Shown one piece after another: positions 19,468-29,900 of a stretch of DNA of 64,000 nt (the first letter of the stretch is position 1; each line of letters opens with the position of its first letter). Source of the stretch: an uncultured Saprospiraceae bacterium (lineage in GTDB: Bacteria; Bacteroidota; Bacteroidia; Chitinophagales; Saprospiraceae); contig CAZWDL010000002.1 of NCBI GenBank assembly GCA_964632995.1, positions 69,730 through 133,729 on the forward strand. Direction: 5' to 3'. A program made the position numbers and the translations under genes. The notes under the pieces were generated by a model. It saw only the letters and a program-made list of their open reading frames with translations, did not search any database and was not told the DNA's origin.

Positions 19468-20940
19468 ATGAATCGCACACTCTATCTCCTTGCAGCCCTT
19501 GTCTTCTTACCTTTTATATTGCCGGCACAAAACAGCCAGGAAGGGCAAAAAGCCATTGACCAGTTTCTGGAAGCGCATCGCGACCGGACTGCCAGCCTTC
19601 GCGCCTTCTTTCAGATGATGCCCAAAGGTGGCGATTTACATCACCACTTTACCGGTTCTGTGTATGCGGAAACCTACCTGCAGGTTGTCGAAGCGGAAAA
19701 CTACTGGCTGCAGCTCGAAACCCTTGAAGTTCGCCCCGACAAACCCCGGCGGCGACGCAGGGCATGGGAACAGATACAAGAACTGATCGAGGAAGGACGC
19801 TATGCCCCTTACCGCGACCGGCTGCTGCAACGATGGTCCATCCACGAGTACGAAGTTCACCAACGCCGTTCCCCCGACGATCAGTTCTTCGGCGCTTTCG
19901 CCGCCTTTCTACCGGCTGTGCTACCCGCACTGGAGGAAGGCTTACAGGAAATCAAGCAACGGGCAATCGAAGAGAATGTCTCCTATATCGAAACCATATT
20001 CACCGGCGTGCTTTGCCCGGAAGGTTCCTTTATCTACCCCGAACCGGCCGACAAGCTGATGTGGTATATTCAGGAAAGGCGGGATGTGAGCGGACTGTAC
20101 TCCTTGTTTGACATCCTGTTTGATGACCTGCAGCAAGGCAATATGGAGGCTTGCGCCAAAAACTATAACGACATGGTCCGGGGATGGCATGATTCCCTGG
20201 CGATGGAAACCGATTCTTTTGTAATGCGGTATCAGAATTACGTGCTGCGCACCAAAACGCCGACTCAGGTGTTCTCCGATCTGACGCTGAACTTCGAGTC
20301 GGCAGCACAAAGCCCCCTAATTGTAGGCGTCAATATCGTCGCACCGGAGCACAACCCCATCGCGGTTGGGGATTACTGGCTGCACATGCACATGTTCCGG
20401 TATCTGGGCCGGAAGTATCCGCAGGTGAAAAAAGCGCTGCACGCCGGCGAACTCTACCTCGGCCAGACCCCGCCTGAAGCCATGACCTGGCATGTACGCG
20501 CCGCCCTGAGCATTGCCGGCGCCGACCGCATCGGGCACGGGGTGACCCTGCCCTACGAACACAACTGGCAACAGCTGCTCGATACGATGCGTCAGGCGGA
20601 TATCCCCGTGGAAATCAACCTCAGCAGTAATGCCTTCATCCTCGGCATAGAAAAAGAGAAACATCCATTTCCCATTTTCCATCAGGCAGGCGTCCCTCTG
20701 GTTATCAGCACCGATGACGCCGGCGTACTGCGCACTAACCACAGTGAACAATTTGTGCGCCTGTTCAGCGATTTTCCCAATATGAATTATGCCGACATCA
20801 AAGAACTGGTGTACAACAGCATCACCTACAGTTTCCTGGAAGATCAGGCACTGAAGCAGCGCCTTCTGCGAGACCTCGATGACCGTTTTGAAAGATTTGA
20901 ACAACAGATGATCAACTGGATAGAGCCCGAAAAAAACTAA
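19468..20940 (+). CDS. secreted adenosine/AMP deaminase-family metallohydrolase (long, ADGF/ADA2-like architecture)
   Basis: Signal peptide (FILPAQ). Metal and catalytic motifs GGDLHHHF, ALHAGE, RIGHGV and ISTDDAGV. ATG at 19468 preferred over TTG at 19438. Confidence 0.8.
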   Translation: MNRTLYLLAALVFLPFILPAQNSQEGQKAIDQFLEAHRDRTASLRAFFQMMPKGGDLHHHFTGSVYAETYLQVVEAENYWLQLETLEVRPDKPRRRRRAWEQIQELIEEGRYAPYRDRLLQRWSIHEYEVHQRRSPDDQFFGAFAAFLPAVLPALEEGLQEIKQRAIEENVSYIETIFTGVLCPEGSFIYPEPADKLMWYIQERRDVSGLYSLFDILFDDLQQGNMEACAKNYNDMVRGWHDSLAMETDSFVMRYQNYVLRTKTPTQVFSDLTLNFESAAQSPLIVGVNIVAPEHNPIAVGDYWLHMHMFRYLGRKYPQVKKALHAGELYLGQTPPEAMTWHVRAALSIAGADRIGHGVTLPYEHNWQQLLDTMRQADIPVEINLSSNAFILGIEKEKHPFPIFHQAGVPLVISTDDAGVLRTNHSEQFVRLFSDFPNMNYADIKELVYNSITYSFLEDQALKQRLLRDLDDRFERFEQQMINWIEPEKN

Positions 20941-21323
20941 AGCCGTTCCGAAAAATTCACAGCCGAATTTCGTCTCCGCTAAACTAAGCCGGGCAATTCT
21001 GCGTTATACAAGGTATACGAAGAAATAAAATATTCGTCTCCGCTCAAGCTACTTCCCGTGATTTGTTTTTAAACAGTCTAAATCAAATTCATATTATCGA
21101 CCGAAAATTTACGCTAGTCTAAACCATTCCCTTATAACTGCCGCCTTTCAAAACTGACGGCACGACAATGTTTGGAAAACCCGTTTTAACTATGCGTAGA
21201 TCCCTCCCGGTCGACTATTTCAAGGACTGTCCCCTTCGGAGATTCCGTTCAGCGTTTTCGGATTACCGTGAAAAAATTTCCGGTTTAAGCGCTATCGTCT
21301 CTTACTCCAAAAATGAGAAAACT

Positions 21324-23045
21324 ATGAGAAACTTACACTCAACGCAAATCAGTTTGAGAAGATTCTCAAACTATTTCGATGTCAGAACATCTTCCCTGCT
21401 ATACGCCTTTTTATTGGTCTGCCTGCCGCTCCTCGCTACCGGGCAGCAAGCCTTCTCCGGCGTTTTTCACCAAACAGAGGAGTCGCAAATATACCTCTAT
21501 GACATCAGCTGGGAAGAGCTTTGCTCACGCAACACCCAGCTGGGCGCCGAAGGATTTGAATTGACGGATGTGGAAGCAGTGCCGAAAGGTAACCAGACCC
21601 GATACTGGGCTATCTGGAAGGAAGGACAGCAATCTACCCGTATCGAGCGGGCCGGCGGCTGGGAAAACATGCTCAAACTCAAGCATCGAATGGCCGACGA
21701 AGGATGGATACTTCAGGATGTAGAAGGTTTTCTCGAAGAAGGCAGCCGCGAAACCTTCCTGGGTATCTGGATTAAAGGCAACAAAGATCACAAGGTGTGG
21801 AAACTCGACAGCTGGGACGGCCTGCTGAAACAAAGCGAAGTACTTGGCCGGAGCTACTACCAATTAACGGACATCGAAGCATTCCGGGGAGAGTACGGCA
21901 TAACCAACTTTCTGGCGGTCTATCAGAAATTATCGCCTTCCGAACGCGCCTTCCCCATCCAGACTGATAATCCCGACCAATTTTACCAAGATAAAATCCG
22001 GCGTACCAAAAGCGGATATGCCATCGTCGACTATGAAACGTACCAGCAAAACGGCATCACCTTTTTGCTGGGATTGTACAAAAAAGCAGCTGTAAAGGAT
22101 AACTGCCGGCACCGGCTCGACTGGACCAGTTTCGTCGCTTACCAACAGTTTCTCGGTGATAGCTTTAAGTTGATTGATATTGAGATCTCCGAAGGGGATG
22201 GCAACTTCATCGCCCCACCTGCCAACACTAACCGCATAGATCAGATGCCCAATATTTCCCAGCAGGTGCTCCGCAACGAAAAAACCGGCGCCCAGGGCGC
22301 CTCCTGCGCAACAGCCAATGCGCTGATATGGCTGGCACAACGGGGCTTTCCCCGGCTCTATGATCAGCAGCAGGGACAGGCAGGATACGAAGCACTGGCC
22401 CGGCGCCTTGCCGGTGACCAATACATGAAAGCCGCCGGTACACCCGGCTCCGACCGCTACACCGTAACCGAAGGATTGAGCAACTACATTCTGGACCAAG
22501 GATACGATATCAAAGAGATCGCCGTCCGGGGCGTTCAGCCTTTCGACTCCCAGAATTTATCCCCGGCTCTGCGTCAGTACCTGCGTATCGACGATCAGCC
22601 GGATAATACAAAACTCGATTTTGCCAAAGAAAGCCTCGTTGGCAACAGTATCGCTCTCCTGCAATGGGGCATTTATGAAGCTGATCCGCAGGACAGCCTC
22701 AACCGGGATTTTAATAAAGTCGGCGAACGCTGGGCCACCCTCGTCGGATACGGCCTCAACGAATACGGCAACGAAAACCCCAACGTTCTCATCGTACATA
22801 GCCCCACCAGCGGAGGAGAAGCTCCTATTTATCTCAGCGTAAAAGAAGTGAATAACCGGATTAAACTACACCGGAAGGCAAAGTTGCACATAAGTCCGCG
22901 CACAAGTATTCCTGCCGACGGGCAACCCTACCTGGAAAATGCCTTGCGCGTCGAAGGAGAACGCTTCGCAATATGGGAGAATATCATCGTCGTCAAACTG
23001 AACGAACCGGCAGTGGCGAAGTCGGAGCTCTTACGGCAGGATTGA
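21324..23045 (+). CDS. secreted protein with about four ~55-aa tandem modules and a C-terminal domain of possible cysteine-peptidase type
   Basis: Signal peptide (LLATGQQ) after the ATG at 21324. Recurring pattern W..l....l...G[FYW].L.D[VI]E.f...g...[FY]l[ag][iv][WY].K, seen as RYWAIWKEG, FLGIWIKG, FLAVYQK and FLLGLYKK. The C-terminal segment carries GAQGASCATANALIWLAQ. Confidence 0.6.
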   Translation: MRNLHSTQISLRRFSNYFDVRTSSLLYAFLLVCLPLLATGQQAFSGVFHQTEESQIYLYDISWEELCSRNTQLGAEGFELTDVEAVPKGNQTRYWAIWKEGQQSTRIERAGGWENMLKLKHRMADEGWILQDVEGFLEEGSRETFLGIWIKGNKDHKVWKLDSWDGLLKQSEVLGRSYYQLTDIEAFRGEYGITNFLAVYQKLSPSERAFPIQTDNPDQFYQDKIRRTKSGYAIVDYETYQQNGITFLLGLYKKAAVKDNCRHRLDWTSFVAYQQFLGDSFKLIDIEISEGDGNFIAPPANTNRIDQMPNISQQVLRNEKTGAQGASCATANALIWLAQRGFPRLYDQQQGQAGYEALARRLAGDQYMKAAGTPGSDRYTVTEGLSNYILDQGYDIKEIAVRGVQPFDSQNLSPALRQYLRIDDQPDNTKLDFAKESLVGNSIALLQWGIYEADPQDSLNRDFNKVGERWATLVGYGLNEYGNENPNVLIVHSPTSGGEAPIYLSVKEVNNRIKLHRKAKLHISPRTSIPADGQPYLENALRVEGERFAIWENIIVVKLNEPAVAKSELLRQD

Positions 23046-23060
23046 AAGGCAGCAGGCAGT

Positions 23061-23699
23061 TTACCCGGCCTGTAACAGTTCTTCAATTTTTTCAGCGAGC
23101 GGCTCATACGATACGTACCCTTTATTGAGCAAATAAGCTTTTTCTCCCTGGCTCATGACGGTGGTAGGAAAGCCCCTGATGCCAAATTCTGCCGTCACGG
23201 CAAAGTCTTCTCTCGCCAGCTGCTGAAAGCGATCCACCCCCATCTGTTCCAGGAAGCGGTCAGCCGGCAGGTCAAACGGTTCGAGATAAGGACGATACGC
23301 CTCCAAATCGGCGGGCGGCATTCCGTCGTAATATACGGCCCGTTGCAGGGTATTGGCAAACGGTACGGTTTGATCCGGCAAATAGGAGCGAAAAACAGTC
23401 ATCGCTACGGCAGGCAGGCGAGAGTCGAATATCATCTCTCCTTTCTCCAACTTATCCAGAAAAGCCTTGCCGAAAGTAACCCCTGTCGTTTCCTCTACCT
23501 GTTTGTAGGCTCCTTTGATATAAGGCGCCGCTTTCCCAATGGGACCGGCCCGCTCGCCGGTTACCATGCCCCCGGAAACAACCTGGAAGTCCATCTTATC
23601 TTGGTATGTTTCGTAAAGTTGCTGAATGACCGGGCTGAATCCATAGCACCATCCACATAGCGCATCGTAAAAGTAAAAAAGCCGGGGTTTATCACTCAT
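23061..23699 (-). CDS. DsbA-family thioredoxin-fold protein (FrnE-like)
   Basis: 212 aa. N-terminal CGWC active-site motif inside FYDALCGWCYGF. Confidence 0.8.
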   Translation of the reverse strand: MSDKPRLFYFYDALCGWCYGFSPVIQQLYETYQDKMDFQVVSGGMVTGERAGPIGKAAPYIKGAYKQVEETTGVTFGKAFLDKLEKGEMIFDSRLPAVAMTVFRSYLPDQTVPFANTLQRAVYYDGMPPADLEAYRPYLEPFDLPADRFLEQMGVDRFQQLAREDFAVTAEFGIRGFPTTVMSQGEKAYLLNKGYVSYEPLAEKIEELLQAG

Positions 23700-23780
23700 A
23701 GGGTTGTATTTTGTGGATCAAACAATCTGGACGCCTGAAAGTTAAAAAGAAATTGAAGACTCGAAAGACGCAGATCCGAC

Positions 23781-23788
23781 TATTTTTG
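23781..23788 (+). promoter_or_regulatory. Bacteroidetes-type -7 box TATTTTTG
   Basis: Exact TAnnTTTG match. It is only 9 nt before the GTG at 23797 but 39 nt before the ATG at 23827, which favours the ATG start for cls. Confidence 0.35.
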
Positions 23789-23826
23789 CGCAATTTGTGA
23801 GTTATGAATTAATAGATTTTTTCTCA

Positions 23827-25299
23827 ATGGGAAACCTCTTTGATCTGGATTTTACCGGTTCTGTTATATTTCTGATTGTTTATTACGGTCTTATCATTAT
23901 CATCTTTTTCCAAATATTACTGGAAAATAAAGATCCACTAAAAACACAATCCTACCTCCTCTTACTGGTTCTGCTCCCAGTGATAGGGCTGTTCATTTAT
24001 TTCTTCTTCGGTGTCAATTACCGGAAGCAAAAGCTATTTTCCCGGAAGGCGCTGACCGATCAGGCTTTTATCAACAAATGGATAGACATGTACCAGGAGC
24101 GCCTCTCACAAAACCGGGATCTGGCCGAAGAGATGTTCGCAGAGAAATACAAGTTGCCCTATCTGTTTTTCCGTAATGCCAATTCGGTTCTCACGGCCCG
24201 CAACAAAGTCAAGATTTTGAATAACGGGGAAGAAAAATTCCCCCTGCTTTTGGCTAAATTACGGGAGGCCCAACACCACATCCATCTGGAGTACTACATC
24301 ATCATCGATGACGAAATTGGAACAAAGGTGATCGATATACTCATCGAACGGGCGGAAAAAGGGGTGGAGGTGCGCCTCATCTATGACGCCATCGGTGGCA
24401 ACAGCCTGTCGGCAAAGGCGCTCAAACGCATGAAAGAAGCGGGCATAGAAACCGGTGTCTATAATCCGGTCCTGTTTACCTCCCTTGCCAACAAGGTCAA
24501 CTACCGCGACCACCGCAAAATCGTAATCATTGACGGACAGATCAGCTTTACCGGCGGCATCAATATCGCTGATTACTACATCAACGATCCTGGCCTGGAC
24601 AACCGTTTCTACTGGCGCGATACGCACTGTATGATCGAGGGAGACAGCGTTTACTACCTGCAGATGCTCTTCCTGCTGAACTGGTACTTCGTCAGCGGAC
24701 AACTCATCAAACCCCAACCAGAATACTTCCCGGAAGTGGATACCCCCTCCGGTGTGGCCTGCGCCTTCGTCGGCAGCAGCCCCGACTCCGACAGCAAGTA
24801 CATGATGGAAGCTTATTTCAGCATGATTACCAATGCCCGCCGTGAAATCCTGATCGCTACACCGTACTTCATCCCCAACGAGGGCATTCTTACCGCTATC
24901 AAAACCAGTGCCAAGAGCGGTGTCAGGGTCAAACTGCTCCTGCCGGAAAATTCTGACACCCCCTTTGTGCACTCCGCCAGCCTTACTTTCATCCAGGAAC
25001 TGCTCGAAAGCGATATCGAAGTGTACCTCTATCAAAAAGGTGTCGTCCATTCCAAACTGATGGTGATCGATGAGGAGGTCTCCACCGTCGGCAGCGCCAA
25101 TATGGATTACCGCAGCTTTGACAACAACGCCGAGCTGAATGCCTTTTTCTTCGATGAAGGCGTCGCTAAAGAATTGAAACAATACTTCGAAGAGGACCTG
25201 GAAAACGCCCGGAAGGTGACGCTCGAAGAATGGAGCGACCGCCCCTGGTGGCTCAAGCTCATGGGATCAGTGGCCCGCCTGGGAGCGCCGCTGTTGTGA
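23827..25299 (+). CDS. cls: cardiolipin synthase (two PLD HKD motifs)
   Basis: Two N-terminal TM helices, then HRKIVIIDG...GGIN and HSKLMVIDEEVSTVGSANMD. The ORF track starts at GTG 23797. I prefer ATG 23827, but the start is uncertain. Confidence 0.9.
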   Translation: MGNLFDLDFTGSVIFLIVYYGLIIIIFFQILLENKDPLKTQSYLLLLVLLPVIGLFIYFFFGVNYRKQKLFSRKALTDQAFINKWIDMYQERLSQNRDLAEEMFAEKYKLPYLFFRNANSVLTARNKVKILNNGEEKFPLLLAKLREAQHHIHLEYYIIIDDEIGTKVIDILIERAEKGVEVRLIYDAIGGNSLSAKALKRMKEAGIETGVYNPVLFTSLANKVNYRDHRKIVIIDGQISFTGGINIADYYINDPGLDNRFYWRDTHCMIEGDSVYYLQMLFLLNWYFVSGQLIKPQPEYFPEVDTPSGVACAFVGSSPDSDSKYMMEAYFSMITNARREILIATPYFIPNEGILTAIKTSAKSGVRVKLLLPENSDTPFVHSASLTFIQELLESDIEVYLYQKGVVHSKLMVIDEEVSTVGSANMDYRSFDNNAELNAFFFDEGVAKELKQYFEEDLENARKVTLEEWSDRPWWLKLMGSVARLGAPLL

Positions 25300-25345
25300 G
25301 GGGTGACTTCAGAGTTTCAGTATTGCCAGACCATAAGACCAACCC

Positions 25346-26797
25346 CTACCCTCTTTCCAATTCCCGAAACTTTTCCTCCAGCCAGCTTTTGTTGAAAATC
25401 GCCGCTTCCCCGTCGATGGCGGCCCGCAGTTTTTGCAGTTCCCGCTTCCATTTCTCGGTGGAAAAATAATCCAAATTAACGCGCAGGTAGGCGGCGCGGC
25501 GTGTCAGTTTGAAGAGATTGTAATAGCCTTCCCGGCGGCTGTCGGCCAACAATTTATTGCGTTGCAGGTACTGCCGGAAAGATTCCGTCAGAGCATTCAG
25601 CGCTTCGTATTCTCCCAGGTCATAGTATGTACGCAAAAGCAGAGCTTTCGCACCCAGGTTATAGCGCAAATCGCTGTATTCCACCCGGATGAGCAGGTTG
25701 AGCACCTGCTCGTAATTGCCCGAGGCATAGTAATAGGAAGCCAAGTTAAAGCGGTAGGCGTTCTCGCGGCTTTCCGGACGGAGCGTTTCCCGGTAGGATT
25801 CGATGAAACGCTGAACCCAGTCGAGCGCCTGTAACCGGATGCCTGTGGTTACGATATTCTTGTAATGCCATTCCGACAGATAGCCCTCTTCCAGCAGTAA
25901 TCCCTGTTCGAGTTGTGCTTTGTACAACTCGAAAATTTCCCGGAGGAAGCGCGAGTTGCCCCGGTTGATCTGTTCGATACAGTAATTTTGGAGCAGGTTG
26001 TAAATCGTTTCCCTTTCCGAAGAAGGAAAGTCCTTTTCGTAGTCCTTGAAAGTTTTCAGTGCTTTGAAATAATAGTCTTGTTCATTTTGCACCAGCATCT
26101 GGTAGAGTTGATAATAAACCATGATCACCGGGGATTCGACATAGACCGGGCGGTTACAACGCACCTCTTCCAGCACCGCCTCCAGCATGCCGGGCTGGTA
26201 GGTCACCTTCAGAATTTTGGAACGAACCTGCATCTCACAGGCATCGCGCAACTTCTCCGCCAGGAAGAACTGTTCCAACTGATTTTGTTTCTCCTGAATA
26301 TGCCAATCCTCCTGCCGTCGTTCTACCTGATTGAAGTACCGATCGGCCTCTTCGGCAAAGCGAAAACGCCAGTACGGGGAACTGACGGCTCCGGAAGGAA
26401 GCGCCTCCATTTTTCTGTCCAGACGTTGCAACTCTTTTTCATACAGGCGATAATGCTTTCGCCGGCGAAGCCGCCGCAGCAGGTAGAGCTGTCCAGCCAG
26501 CTGATCTTCCCCGGCCTGCTCTACAGAGAGAAACTGCTCGGCCAGACGCTGGGTGTATGAAAAAATTACCGCCAGCCGGTTTTGATCATGGGGTGCTCCC
26601 GGATACAATTGCTGAAATAGCTGTACCCGGTTGCAGCGGTCTTCATCCAATCTCGGATAGACGTCACTCAGGTGAGCCACCAAATTGCGAACATCCTGGT
26701 GTTTGTTGAAATAGGGCGATTCTACAAACTCCCGGAACCGCGTCATCTCCTTCCGGGAAAAGGTGCGCAATAAACGGATTAACTTATTATTATACAT
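25346..26797 (-). CDS. hypothetical all-helical (TPR-like) protein
   Basis: ATG at 26797 (MYNNKLIRLL) preferred over TTG at 26818. Tyr/Leu/Glu-rich helical-repeat character with no catalytic motif. Transcribed divergently from the giant T9SS gene. Confidence 0.6.
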   Translation of the reverse strand: MYNNKLIRLLRTFSRKEMTRFREFVESPYFNKHQDVRNLVAHLSDVYPRLDEDRCNRVQLFQQLYPGAPHDQNRLAVIFSYTQRLAEQFLSVEQAGEDQLAGQLYLLRRLRRRKHYRLYEKELQRLDRKMEALPSGAVSSPYWRFRFAEEADRYFNQVERRQEDWHIQEKQNQLEQFFLAEKLRDACEMQVRSKILKVTYQPGMLEAVLEEVRCNRPVYVESPVIMVYYQLYQMLVQNEQDYYFKALKTFKDYEKDFPSSERETIYNLLQNYCIEQINRGNSRFLREIFELYKAQLEQGLLLEEGYLSEWHYKNIVTTGIRLQALDWVQRFIESYRETLRPESRENAYRFNLASYYYASGNYEQVLNLLIRVEYSDLRYNLGAKALLLRTYYDLGEYEALNALTESFRQYLQRNKLLADSRREGYYNLFKLTRRAAYLRVNLDYFSTEKWKRELQKLRAAIDGEAAIFNKSWLEEKFRELERG

Positions 26798-26985
26798 GTT
26801 TTTTCCAAAAAAAATCAAGCCAAATATTTCATAAATACCTGTATATCAATATATAGCAAATTACACATCACTTAAAATAGCAAAAAAAACACCAAAAAAC
26901 AGCCAGAAAAGTATTTTCCTTTCCCCGTTTCCGGTGACATATTTGTATCGTGAAAAGATTTATACTACTCGACAAAAGCAAATCC

Positions 26986-29900
26986 ATGAACAGCTGCAGA
27001 AACACCGCCCTATCCCTGCTCGTGATTTTTCTCTCCTTTGCAGCCGCGCTCACTGCTCAGGATAATGAAAACTGTACTGGCTTCGAAGATCTACCCGCAG
27101 GAGCTGTATATGGGGAAAGAACCGGTTATGAGCCAGGCGATATTTTCTACGCCTTGGACAATATCCCGGTAAGCCTGGAAGAATTCAATTATTTGAACGG
27201 AACATCGGACTTTTGGAACGTCCAAGTCTGGACCGATGAAATCGGATGGGATTTCGGCTCCGGGAAAAAGCTTTTTGTCAGCAACATTAACCTGCGTCTG
27301 AATTTTAGCAGCCTCGGCACTACCGCCGACCGCGTTTGCGTGCGCATCTTCGATGGCGGTGGGGAAAATAATTTTTCAGTTAACGGCGCTCAAGTACAAA
27401 TCTTCCGCAGCCCGATGCGCGGAACCGACTTCCCTTTGGAAATTGCCCCCGGTGTGACCATGACCGCCACGTACGACGATCCGGACAGCGACTTCATCGG
27501 CACCCTTTGTTTCGAGGGACAAATCGAAACCTTGCTTATCGGAGGGCAGGAGTTTGCCATTGACGATCTCTGTTACACTCTGAGCACAGCTCCGGAATAT
27601 TGCAAAGCCGAGAGCCTTGAAGGATCAGTGACGGGGTGCAATGACGGGGGCGGGTACGATCTTGAACTTGCTCTGAATTCCAGCTCCGGAGTTCCGGCAA
27701 ATACTTCCTATGAGGTATACGTCGCCAACGAATATATCGGCAATTTTGAGTCTGAAAACGGAGAAGTCAACTTATCTGGCATTCCCATCCCCGATACCAC
27801 GGCCGTCGTCGCTGTTTGCGAATCCGGAGTGGTTCCGGGAGAAAGCCCGTGCTGTGTGTATTCTTTGATAGAAAGACCACTTACCTGCCCGCCGCCGCCC
27901 GATTGCCAAATCGGCGAACTGATCATTTCAGACGTGGAATGCATCACCCCCTACTACTTCAACGCTACGATCGACTTCGAGCACCGCGGCACTGGCGAAA
28001 CATTCAAAATCATCATCGGAGACGGCATCTATGGGGAAGTGCCTTATGATGAACTCCCCTATCGCCTTCAGAGAATTCCCTTACCCTCCAACCCGGATGC
28101 TACCGAAACGGTCATCGGCATCTGCGATGTACAATTGCCTAATTGCTGCAAGCGAACTTTTGTGGAGTTACCGTGCCGGGCAGCAAAGTGCGAGTTTCAA
28201 GATCTGAGCGTATCTGACCTCACCTGCAACGAAGACGGTACTTATAACACTACCCTTAATTTTAACTTTTCCGGACAGGCAACGCGCTTCTTTTTGGAAA
28301 CCAACGGCGGTTTCCGGGAATTCTTTGAAGTAGCCGACTTACCCATCCGCCTGGAAGGATTGCCCCGGCCTAACAATACCACCCGGGACCGATTCTTCAT
28401 CTGCTTCCCGGAAATCATTGACACTGAAGAGCCCTGCTGTGAAGATGCCGTCATCGAACTTCCCTGCCCCGGGCCGGTTTGCGACATCCGCGACCTGACG
28501 GTCAACGACATCCAGTGCCATGAAAACGGAACTTACAACGCCACCCTCAATTTCAACCACGGTTCCGGCGTACAACGCTTTATCGTCGAAACCGGCAGCG
28601 GGTTCCGGGGAGAATTCAACGTAGCTGACCTGCCCCTTCGACTGGAGGGCTTACCGCTGAGGGAAGGCGCCCTTCGCGACCAGCTCTTTGTCTGTCTCCC
28701 GGAGGCAGCTAACTCCGAAGCCCCCTGTTGTGAAAACCTGGTCATCGAGGTTCCCTGTCCCGGCGCCGATTGCGGAATCCGGGATCTGGTGATCGATGAC
28801 ATCAGCTGTAACGACGACGGCACCTACAATGCCACCCTCAATTTCAACTATCCCTACGGCGCCCAGCGATTTCTACTCGAAACCGCAGGTGGTTTCCGGG
28901 AAAGCTTCACCCTGGCCGATCTGCCCCTCCGTCTGGAAGGACTGCCGCAAGCGGAGGGCGCCGCCCGCGACAAATTTTTTGTCTGCCTTCCCCTCTCAAG
29001 CAGTTCCAATGAATTATGCTGCGTTGAACAGAGCGTCGACCTACCTTGTAGTACAGTCCCTTGCATGATCAGCAACCTTCAGGTCATTCCCTCGGCCTGT
29101 AATGAGGAAGAGCGTTATCAACTCCGTGTAAATTTCCGGCACAATCAGTCCGAAGGAAAGTTTGTTCTCGGCATCAATGATGAGCAGAGAGGGATTTATC
29201 GCTACTCCGATCTGCCGCTGCTGCTGGGGCCCTTCGCCGGCCCGCTGGAGGAGCCCCTGCTCTTCACCGTTTTCGATCAAAATAATCCGGAGTGCCGCAC
29301 CCGCTATCAGTTGGACCCCTTCGAATGCGAACCACCGGCCTGTGAACTGGGTGAACTCCGGGTCTACGATATTGAATGCCAGGATGATGGCACCTACACC
29401 GCCATGGTCGACTTCAGCCGCCGCGGCGCGGGCGAGCGTTTCTATCTGCACACCCGCGGCGGATTCCGGGGCGAGTTCGGCTACGAGGAACTGCCGCTGC
29501 GTTTGGAAAACCTGCCGCTGCGTCCCACCGGCGATGGGTTCGAATTCGAGGATGTCTTTGAAATTTGCGATTTATCTACCCAGGGATGCTGTCTGCGACG
29601 ATCCGTATTCCTCCCCTGCGACGATAGTCAGTGCCGCTTCCTCGATCTGCGCGCTGAGGTGGAGGATTGCAACGATCAACAGTTCTACATTCAGCTTTCC
29701 TTCGACCCACAAGGCACCGGCAGCCTCGGCTTCCTGGCATTTATTGACGGTAATATTTTCGGTCCCTTCTCCTATGAAACACCGGAGGTCCGTCTCGGGC
29801 CTTTCTCCGCCGGCGGCAGTGAAGTCTACGATATTCTCCTGATCGACGCGGTACATCCGACCTGCTATGCCTATATGGAAATCGGTCCTGTCGACTGCGA

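Noticed and set aside
28242-29075. Three similar minus-strand ORFs (28242..28511, 28533..28823, 28854..29075) that look like a repeated gene family.
   Set aside because: They are the antisense image of the 291-nt tandem coding repeats in the giant plus-strand gene. Their similarity only reflects that repeat.
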